Shown: in pieces, positions 8,829 through 16,003 of the stretch
Numbering within the stretch: the stretch's first letter is position 1
How the letters are laid out: each line of letters begins with the position of its first letter
From: Vulcanimicrobiota bacterium
Lineage (GTDB): Bacteria > Vulcanimicrobiota > Vulcanimicrobiia > Vulcanimicrobiales > Vulcanimicrobiaceae
Reading direction: 5' to 3'
Assembly: GCA_030041225.1 (NCBI GenBank)
Contig: JASHOG010000040.1
Coordinates: 16,243 to 80,242, forward strand
DNA: 64,000 bases
Notes under the pieces: generated by a model
What the model was told of the DNA's origin: nothing
Databases searched by the model: none
What the model saw: the letters and a program-made list of their open reading frames with translations, nothing else
Made by a program: the position numbers and the translations under genes

Positions 8829-10820
8829 ATGCATCGCCTCCTGGCGGCCTTCGCATGGCTCTGCCTCGCAGCGCCGGCTACGGCATTGGCGCGCCCCTTC
8901 ACGCTCGACGACTACGCTCGCCTCGTCTCCGTAAGCGATCCCGAAATCTCGCCTGACGGCCGCAGCATCGTCGCCGTCGTTGGGCGCTCGGATTATACGA
9001 AGGATCAGACGCACACGGAGCTCGTACTCATCGATGTGGCAAGCGGCGCGCAGCGCGTGCTCACCCTCGGGCGTGATGACGTCGCCTCGCCACGCTGGTC
9101 GCCCGACGGAACGCAGCTCGCCTTCGCCGCGCCATCAGAAGGCGGCGACCACGCGGCGCAGGTCTGGGTGATGCCGATGAACGGTGGCGACGCGAGAACG
9201 GTGACGAACGCGAAGTACGGCGTCGAGGTCTATGCGTGGCGGCCCGATGGGAAAGCGATTGCGTACGTGACGCAGGAGACGCCGCCGAACGAGGCGGCGA
9301 TCGAGCGTCACGAGGACCTCTTCAATGTCGGCGATGAGCCGTTCTCGGCAACGGCGCTCTCCGTCTCGTCGCACCTCTGGCTACAACAGCTCTCCGGTGG
9401 TGCGGCGACGCGCTTGACGCAGGGGAACTGGAGCATTTCTCCCGGCGCGCTCTCGTGGTCGGCGGATGGAAAGTACATTGCATTCGATGAGTTGCCGGAC
9501 GCGCGTTTCGACAGCATCTTCCACTCCCGCGTCGCGGTGCTCGACATCGTAACCGGGCAGATCTCCTTTCCGGACGAGCGCTTTAGCCTCGCTTCCTCGT
9601 CGGCAGTCGTCCTCACGGCGGTCGCGTTCGCGCCGAGTGGAGATCGTCTCGCCTATACCGCCGGATCGCATGGCTCTGTCATTACTCAAGACGACCTCGA
9701 CGTCACGACGGTAGGGGAGCCCGGCGTGCGCGACGCGGCGCCGACACTCGATCGCAACATCGCTTTCTTCGCGTGGAGCCCCGGAGGCGGATTCATTGCC
9801 GCGGGGGATGACGGCGTCTCGCAGGGGCTCTGGCGCATCTCACCGGATGGGACGACGCAACGCGTCGATCTCGGCGATCTGAACTTTAACGGTGGCTCGG
9901 TGGCACAGAATGGCGCCGTCGCCTTCACCGCGTCGAGCGCGCAGCGCCCATCGGAGCTCTACTATCTCGCGCCGGGTTCGGGTTCGCCGCGCCGCCTCAC
10001 CGACGAGAACGCACGCATCGCGGCGCTCGACCTCGCGCCCGCGCAAGAGTTCACGTGGCACAACGACGGCTTCGACGAAGACGGCGTCCTGACGTACCCG
10101 CTCGGATACCACACCGGCGTGAAGTACCCACTCGTCCTCGACATTCACGGCGGGCCCATCCTCGAGGCTTCGACGACTTCGTTCGATCCGCGCGTCCAGT
10201 TGCTCGCAGCACGCGGCTTCGTCGTATTTCAGCCGAACTACCGCGGCAGCGACAATCTCGGGTTTGCGTATGCCGACGCGATCATCGGGCGCAACCCAAT
10301 GGAAGGCGTCGGCACGGATTGCGTTGCCGGCCTCAGAGCGCTCGAAGCGACGGGTGGCATTGACGAGAGCCGCATCGGCGTCTCGGGCTACTCGGCGGGA
10401 GGATGGGCCACTTCGTGGCTTATCACGCACTACGATCTCTGGAGAGCCGCGGTGAGTGGAGCTGCCGTCGACGACGTGGTCATGGAGTCTACGCTGAGCG
10501 AGATCGACTCGTTCATGCCTTTGATCTTCGGCGGGCTGACGCCGTGGTCGTCGCCCGGCGCACTAGAGGCCTATCGCGATGCATCGCCGATCACGTACGT
10601 GCAGAACGTCCACGCAGCCACGCTCATTCTCGTCGACTCGACGGATCCGCGAGCCCCGACGCCTCAGTCGTATGAGTTCTTTAGCGCACTACGAAATCTC
10701 GGCAAGGTCGTGCAGCTCACCGTCGTGCCTGCCTACGGACACCATCCCTCCGACCCGGTGCGAAATCGCGAAATCGACCGCGCATGGGTCGACTGGATGG
10801 TCAAGTATCTCTCGCCATAG
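8829..10820 (+). CDS. secreted S9 family serine peptidase (prolyl oligopeptidase/acylaminoacyl-peptidase type), 'C' copy 1
   Basis: 663-aa ORF with a signal peptide. Has TolB-like propeller repeats (SPDG...IA) and a catalytic domain with GVSGYSAGGW (Ser), VDSTDPRAP (Asp) and PAYGHHP (His). Confidence 0.9.
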   Translation: MHRLLAAFAWLCLAAPATALARPFTLDDYARLVSVSDPEISPDGRSIVAVVGRSDYTKDQTHTELVLIDVASGAQRVLTLGRDDVASPRWSPDGTQLAFAAPSEGGDHAAQVWVMPMNGGDARTVTNAKYGVEVYAWRPDGKAIAYVTQETPPNEAAIERHEDLFNVGDEPFSATALSVSSHLWLQQLSGGAATRLTQGNWSISPGALSWSADGKYIAFDELPDARFDSIFHSRVAVLDIVTGQISFPDERFSLASSSAVVLTAVAFAPSGDRLAYTAGSHGSVITQDDLDVTTVGEPGVRDAAPTLDRNIAFFAWSPGGGFIAAGDDGVSQGLWRISPDGTTQRVDLGDLNFNGGSVAQNGAVAFTASSAQRPSELYYLAPGSGSPRRLTDENARIAALDLAPAQEFTWHNDGFDEDGVLTYPLGYHTGVKYPLVLDIHGGPILEASTTSFDPRVQLLAARGFVVFQPNYRGSDNLGFAYADAIIGRNPMEGVGTDCVAGLRALEATGGIDESRIGVSGYSAGGWATSWLITHYDLWRAAVSGAAVDDVVMESTLSEIDSFMPLIFGGLTPWSSPGALEAYRDASPITYVQNVHAATLILVDSTDPRAPTPQSYEFFSALRNLGKVVQLTVVPAYGHHPSDPVRNREIDRAWVDWMVKYLSP

Positions 10821-10859
10821 CGAACGCGTTGAACGCTTCCTATAGGAAGAAATGAAAAA

Positions 10860-11585
10860 ATGACATCGATTCGCAATGAAATTCGGCTGCTTCGTTACTA
10901 TGCGGTGGGCATGACGCTCTTCGCCGGGATCGTCCTCCTCGGTGCCGTGCACGAGGCAGCGAAGGTCGCAAGCTTCGATACGATCACCGTGCACCGTATC
11001 GATGTGATCGATCGCGAGGGCAAGCTGGCGATGGTGATCACCGATCACGATGACATGCCGCCGCCGATCGTCAACGGAAAAACGCTCCAGCGCCATGGGG
11101 GCGCGAACGCCAACGGCGTCATCTTCTACAATCAGCGCGGCGACGAACAAGGCGGCCTCATCTGGGAAGGACAGCGGTATCCGAATAGGACGTACGAGTC
11201 GGACAATGCGCTGTCATTCGACACCGTGAACACCGACCAGCTGATTCACGTCGAGGATGGCAACGATAGCGGCAGGACCTACTCCGAGGTAATCGGCTGG
11301 AACCAGCCCGATTACAACACGCCCGGATTTCTGAATCTTATCGAGGAGGCCGATCACCTGAAGACGAGAGCACGGGTACGAGCCTTCCTTCAGGCGCACC
11401 CCAACTTCGGTTCGAGGACGCGCTTCCTGCTCGGGTACGATCGGAGCAATACGTCGCAGGTGATGCTCGCCGACGATGAGGGACACCCGCGCATCAAGAT
11501 GTTCGTCACCGCTGACGGTGATGCGCACCTCCAGTTCCTCGACGCCGGCGGCAGAGTCGTCGCCGAGTATCCCGAGGCGCACTAG
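10860..11585 (+). CDS. membrane-anchored protein of unknown function, 'A' family copy 2
   Basis: 241-aa ORF with an N-terminal TM (YYAVGMTLFAGIVLLGAV). Aligns end to end with A1, with roughly half the residues identical by eye. Confidence 0.8.
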   Translation: MTSIRNEIRLLRYYAVGMTLFAGIVLLGAVHEAAKVASFDTITVHRIDVIDREGKLAMVITDHDDMPPPIVNGKTLQRHGGANANGVIFYNQRGDEQGGLIWEGQRYPNRTYESDNALSFDTVNTDQLIHVEDGNDSGRTYSEVIGWNQPDYNTPGFLNLIEEADHLKTRARVRAFLQAHPNFGSRTRFLLGYDRSNTSQVMLADDEGHPRIKMFVTADGDAHLQFLDAGGRVVAEYPEAH

Positions 11586-13244
11586 ATGGTCCATAGCGCT
11601 CCCCCGCCGCCCATCGCAATCCGTCTCTCGCTCGGCGCTTCCGCGCATCGCGCGGTGGCGAACGGGCGCGTCTACGTGATCGTCACAAAGGACCCGAACG
11701 ACCCGCCAATACAACTGCTCGAGCCTTCGACGACCCCTCCGTTCTTTGCAAAGGACGTGAACGATATGCGCCCGGGCGCCGTCGTTACGATCGATGCGAA
11801 GACGCCCGGATTTCCACTGAACAGCCTCGCCGATCTCCCGGCCGGAACCTACTACGTCGAAGGGCTCGTTGAGATCTACACACGATACCATCGAGCTGAC
11901 GGTCACACGATCTGGGCACCGCCGCAGTGGAGCGTTGCGACTGCTTCACACGAGGTGGGGACCCTTCGGAGCGCCATCGAGCGTGTTACACTCGATCCGG
12001 AGCACGGTATCTCGCTCGATTTGAGGCTCGACCGTCCGGTCACAAATCGCATCTTTGAGTCGTTAAAGCGCCCGAGAGTAGCCGGGCCTAATGCGCCGTG
12101 GATACGCAACGTGCGCATCCTGAGCCCGACGTTGACGCGTTGGTGGGGCGCGCCATTCTACCTTGGCGCGACGATCCTTCTTCCAAAAGATTACGCCTCG
12201 CATCCGAACGCGCACTATCCGGTACTCTACAATCAAGACCACTTCGATGACCCCGTGCCTTGGGGTTTCACTGCCGATGCAAGCACCGAGACGCCTGAAG
12301 CGATTGCCAGGGGGAGGCGCGCTGGATACGGCACGGGCTACGAGTTTTACAAGGCGTGGAGCTCGGCGCGCTTCCCTCGCTTCATCATGGTCACCTGGCA
12401 GCACCCGTGTCCGTTCTTCGATGATTCGTACGCCGTCAACTCGGCGAACTGCGGACCATTCGGCGACGCGATCATGAACGATCTCATCCCGTACGTCGAG
12501 TCGCACTTTCGCATCATTCGCAAGGGTTATGCGCGCATCGTTGAGGGCGGCTCGACCGGCGGGTGGGAATCGCTGGCGCTCCAGGTGCAGCACCCGGCGT
12601 TCTTCGGTGGTGCGTGGGTTTTCGACCCGGATCCGATCGACTTCCGTAGTTTCCAGCTCGTCGATCTCTACAACGATGATAATGCTTTCGAGGTACGCTC
12701 CCCCGACGGCTGGCAAACGTACGAACGTCCATGGGAACGAATGCCCAACGGGCAGCCCGTCGGAACGGAACGGCGTATTAGCCAGTACGAGTTGACGCTG
12801 GGGTCGCACGGCCGATCTCTCTATCAGCTCGACGGATGGTGGGCGATCTTCGATCCTGCCGGTCCCGACGGTTATCCCGAGCCAATCTGGAACATGAACA
12901 CCGGAGCGATCGATCGCAGCGTCGTCACGTATGCGCGGGATCACGGCTACGACCTCTCCTATTACATACGCGAACACTGGTCGAGCCTCGGTCCTGCGCT
13001 GGCGGGCAAGCTCCACTTCATCGTCGGCGATATGGATAGCTACTATCTCGACCTCGCCGTCTATCGCATGCAAGACGTTCTCGAAGCGACGACGAGCCCG
13101 CATTCGGATGCAACCTTTATCTATGGCCGGCCGATGAAGGGTCACGGTTGGCATCCGATGACCTGGGCGCAGCTGCTCCAGCAGATCGCACGCCAAGTCA
13201 AGGCAAACGCGCACGGCGATGATACCGCGCAGTGGAGCTATTAA
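11586..13244 (+). CDS. esterase-fold alpha/beta hydrolase, 'B' family copy 2 (no signal peptide)
   Basis: 552-aa ORF whose ATG directly follows the A2 TAG. Contains VEGGSTGGWESLAL and the same conserved blocks as B1. The N-terminus MVHSAPPPPIAIRLSLGASAHRAV aligns with the mature part of B1 and has no hydrophobic h-region. Confidence 0.8.
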   Translation: MVHSAPPPPIAIRLSLGASAHRAVANGRVYVIVTKDPNDPPIQLLEPSTTPPFFAKDVNDMRPGAVVTIDAKTPGFPLNSLADLPAGTYYVEGLVEIYTRYHRADGHTIWAPPQWSVATASHEVGTLRSAIERVTLDPEHGISLDLRLDRPVTNRIFESLKRPRVAGPNAPWIRNVRILSPTLTRWWGAPFYLGATILLPKDYASHPNAHYPVLYNQDHFDDPVPWGFTADASTETPEAIARGRRAGYGTGYEFYKAWSSARFPRFIMVTWQHPCPFFDDSYAVNSANCGPFGDAIMNDLIPYVESHFRIIRKGYARIVEGGSTGGWESLALQVQHPAFFGGAWVFDPDPIDFRSFQLVDLYNDDNAFEVRSPDGWQTYERPWERMPNGQPVGTERRISQYELTLGSHGRSLYQLDGWWAIFDPAGPDGYPEPIWNMNTGAIDRSVVTYARDHGYDLSYYIREHWSSLGPALAGKLHFIVGDMDSYYLDLAVYRMQDVLEATTSPHSDATFIYGRPMKGHGWHPMTWAQLLQQIARQVKANAHGDDTAQWSY

Positions 13245-13255
13245 ATGGAGGGAAC

Positions 13256-14008
13256 ATGGAACTTGAATCGCTCAGGCGAGAGGTTCGCGTATTACGAACG
13301 CTCGTCATCGGGCTGCTTGCAATCGCCGCAGTAGGGGTCACCGTAGCCGCCCGAAGTGATTGGCCGAACGGCCGGTTCGACCAGATTACGGTTCATCGCA
13401 TCAATGTCGTCGATGATAACGGCACGCTGCGCCTTGCCATCTCGAACGCCCAGAATATGCCTCCTCCGACGATGCACGGGAAGCCACTTCCGCTGCCCCG
13501 CAGTCACGTCAACGGAAACCCTTCCTTCATCATCTTCAACGCACTCGGTGACGAACAAGGCGGCTACCTCTGGGGCAGCACGGGATCCTTCCCTGGAAAA
13601 TACCACCAGTTTACGTACATGTCATCCGATCAATTCGAGCAGAATGATGCCTTAGGTCTTGGCTACGACGACTACGGACACGGTGAGCGAACCGCCGGCT
13701 TGGAGGGAGCGGAGCAGAAGACCAGTACGCCCATCGCCATCGTCATCAACGAGATGTTTGCGGCCATGAGTCACGCGAAAACCGCTGCACAGCGAACGGC
13801 AATCGAGCGCCGGTTCGAGAAATCGCATTTCGTTGCTTATAGCCGTTTCTTTGTCGGCTACAGTCCGGAAGGCTCGATGGTCAAGCTCTACGATACGCAG
13901 GGACGGCCGCGTCTGTTGATGATCGTGGGCAACGACGGCACGCCGAAGATCGAGTTCATGGACGCCGGAGGGCGCGTGACCTATCAACTGCCGGCGCCTC
14001 CTCGCTAG
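13256..14008 (+). CDS. membrane-anchored protein of unknown function, 'A' family copy 3 (most diverged)
   Basis: Track ORF 13232-14008; I prefer ATG 13256 after GGAGGG. Has a TM (LVIGLLAIAAVGVTVAA) and the FDQITVHRINVVDDNGTLRLAI, GDEQGG and YDTQGRPRLLMIVGNDGTPKIEFMDAGGRV motifs. Confidence 0.7.
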   Translation: MELESLRREVRVLRTLVIGLLAIAAVGVTVAARSDWPNGRFDQITVHRINVVDDNGTLRLAISNAQNMPPPTMHGKPLPLPRSHVNGNPSFIIFNALGDEQGGYLWGSTGSFPGKYHQFTYMSSDQFEQNDALGLGYDDYGHGERTAGLEGAEQKTSTPIAIVINEMFAAMSHAKTAAQRTAIERRFEKSHFVAYSRFFVGYSPEGSMVKLYDTQGRPRLLMIVGNDGTPKIEFMDAGGRVTYQLPAPPR

Positions 14009-14014
14009 AGAAGC

Positions 14015-16003
14015 ATGTCCTTCATACGGCCTCTCGGCGCATGCCTTGTGCTGACGCTTGCGGTTCAGTCGACAAGCTCCGCTCGAGCCCAAGACATATT
14101 TACGTTTCGTGATTACTACAGGATCGTTAGCGTCAGCGATGCGCGCATCTCGCCCGATGGCCGACAGGTCGTCGTGGTCGTGACGCGCGAGGATGAAGCG
14201 TCGGATCAGAGTGTGAGTGAGCTCGACCTGTTCGACGTCGCCACGCGAAGCACTCGCATCATCACCGAGAACCGCCCAGATGTCTCCTCGCCCCGTTGGT
14301 CACCCGACGGAGACCGGCTCGCCTTCATCGCCTCCGATACCGCCGGCTCGCCGCAAGTGTGGGTGATGCCGATGGACGGTGGCGATGCTCAGCCTGTCAC
14401 GAACGCGCCCACCGGCGTAGAGCTCTTCGCATGGCGGCCGGACGGCAGAGCGATCGCGTACGTCGCGCAGGATTCTCCGTCAGACCGGGTGCGCATCGCA
14501 CACCACGACGATCTCTTCACCGTTGGCAACCAACCCTATCTTTCGCACGCGGCAGCGCTTCCGTCGCATCTTTGGCTCCAGGTCATCGGTGCGACGGGAG
14601 CTCAACGGTTGACCGAAGGAACGTGGAGCGTCTTCCCTGACCCGATCTCCTGGTCACCGGATGCTCGATACATCGCCTTCGACCGGACGCCGTATGCGGG
14701 CTTCGATGCAGAGCTCAGGGATTCGAGAGTAGCCGTACTCGACGTCGGAAGAAGAACGGTCGTCGCACTCGAGCCGGGCTGGAGCTGGAATCCGTCCTTC
14801 GCGCCGTGGGCGGACCGCCTCGCCTACGCCGCCGGCGGATTCGGTGACATCGTTCAAACGCGGCTCGTCGCTTCCGCGGCGGGATCGTTCGCGGCGCACG
14901 ATGTCGCGCCCGCGCTGGACCGGAACGTGACCTATCTTTCGTGGCTCCCGAACGACGAGGGTTTCTTCGTTGCCGCAGACGATCGCGTTACACGCGCGCT
15001 CTGGCGCATTTCGCCGAATGGCGCGATGCGGCGAGTCGACCTCGGTGACCTGAGCTTCCAGGATGTCCAAGGCGGCAGCGTGAGCGCAAGCGGGGCGATC
15101 GCGTTTACGGCTGCGGCTCCGCTACGCCCCTCGGAGGTGTACTATCTTCCGCCTGGTGGAAATCAGCCGGAACGGCTCTCCAGCTATAATGCGCCCATCG
15201 CGCGTCTCAATCTCTCGCCCACGAGGGAGTTCGCATGGAGCAACGGAGCGCTCGAAGAGGATGGTGCTTTGACCTATCCGCTCGGCTACGAGCGCGGAAG
15301 ACGCTACCCCCTCGTGTTGGTGATTCACGGCTGCTGCGGTGCGTCGCAGGACTCGTTCGACCCGCTCGCGCAGCTGCTTGCCGCTCGCGGATTCTTCGTG
15401 CTGCAGCCAAACTATCGCGGCAGCGACAACCTCGGGCGCGCGTACGCGCGCGCAATGGTCGGCGATCCGGTGGATGGCCCTGCATCTGACTGCATGGCGG
15501 CGATCGCGGCGCTCGAGCACGCCGGCATGGTAGACCCTGCACGCGTCGGAGTCTCGGGCTGGTCGATGGGTGGCTGGCTGACCTCGTGGTTGATCACCCA
15601 CGACAAGGGATTTGCCGCGGCGGTGAGCGGGGCGGGGATCTACAACGCAACCATGCAGTATACGCTGAGTCGAGTCGATGGCTTGATGCCATACCTGCTC
15701 CATGGTGCCACGCCCTGGTCGGCACAAGGCGCGAGAGCATATCGTGCGGTCTCGCCCATTGCGTTTGCGCAAAACGTCAGCGTGCCCACACTCATCTTGA
15801 GTGATGCCGACGATCCGAACGTTCCGACGCCGGAGTCGTATGAGTTCTACGCGGCGCTGCGCGATCTCCACAAGAGCGTCCGGTTCGTCGTTGCTCCGGC
15901 GTACGGGCACCACCCGCCCGACCCGGTGCGCAACCTAGCACTCTACCGGACGTGGGTCGACTGGATGGTGCGCTACCTTTCGCCGAAGCCTGCAGCGCAA
16001 TGA
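14015..16003 (+). CDS. secreted S9 family serine peptidase, 'C' copy 2
   Basis: 662-aa ORF with a signal peptide. Motifs GVSGWSMGGW, SDADDPNVP and PAYGHHP. Collinear with 8829-10820. Confidence 0.9.
   Translation: MSFIRPLGACLVLTLAVQSTSSARAQDIFTFRDYYRIVSVSDARISPDGRQVVVVVTREDEASDQSVSELDLFDVATRSTRIITENRPDVSSPRWSPDGDRLAFIASDTAGSPQVWVMPMDGGDAQPVTNAPTGVELFAWRPDGRAIAYVAQDSPSDRVRIAHHDDLFTVGNQPYLSHAAALPSHLWLQVIGATGAQRLTEGTWSVFPDPISWSPDARYIAFDRTPYAGFDAELRDSRVAVLDVGRRTVVALEPGWSWNPSFAPWADRLAYAAGGFGDIVQTRLVASAAGSFAAHDVAPALDRNVTYLSWLPNDEGFFVAADDRVTRALWRISPNGAMRRVDLGDLSFQDVQGGSVSASGAIAFTAAAPLRPSEVYYLPPGGNQPERLSSYNAPIARLNLSPTREFAWSNGALEEDGALTYPLGYERGRRYPLVLVIHGCCGASQDSFDPLAQLLAARGFFVLQPNYRGSDNLGRAYARAMVGDPVDGPASDCMAAIAALEHAGMVDPARVGVSGWSMGGWLTSWLITHDKGFAAAVSGAGIYNATMQYTLSRVDGLMPYLLHGATPWSAQGARAYRAVSPIAFAQNVSVPTLILSDADDPNVPTPESYEFYAALRDLHKSVRFVVAPAYGHHPPDPVRNLALYRTWVDWMVRYLSPKPAAQ

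Noticed and set aside
11583-11585. The idea that TAG is reassigned as a sense codon in this organism (prompted by the TAG-ATG and TAG-permease junctions)
   Set aside because: Many well-delimited genes here end at TAG exactly where homologs end (S9 peptidase 10818-10820, TBDR-like 8823-8825, tricorn 55740-55742, ctpA, pfkB, DLH). TAG therefore functions as a normal stop; only local readthrough remains a hypothesis.
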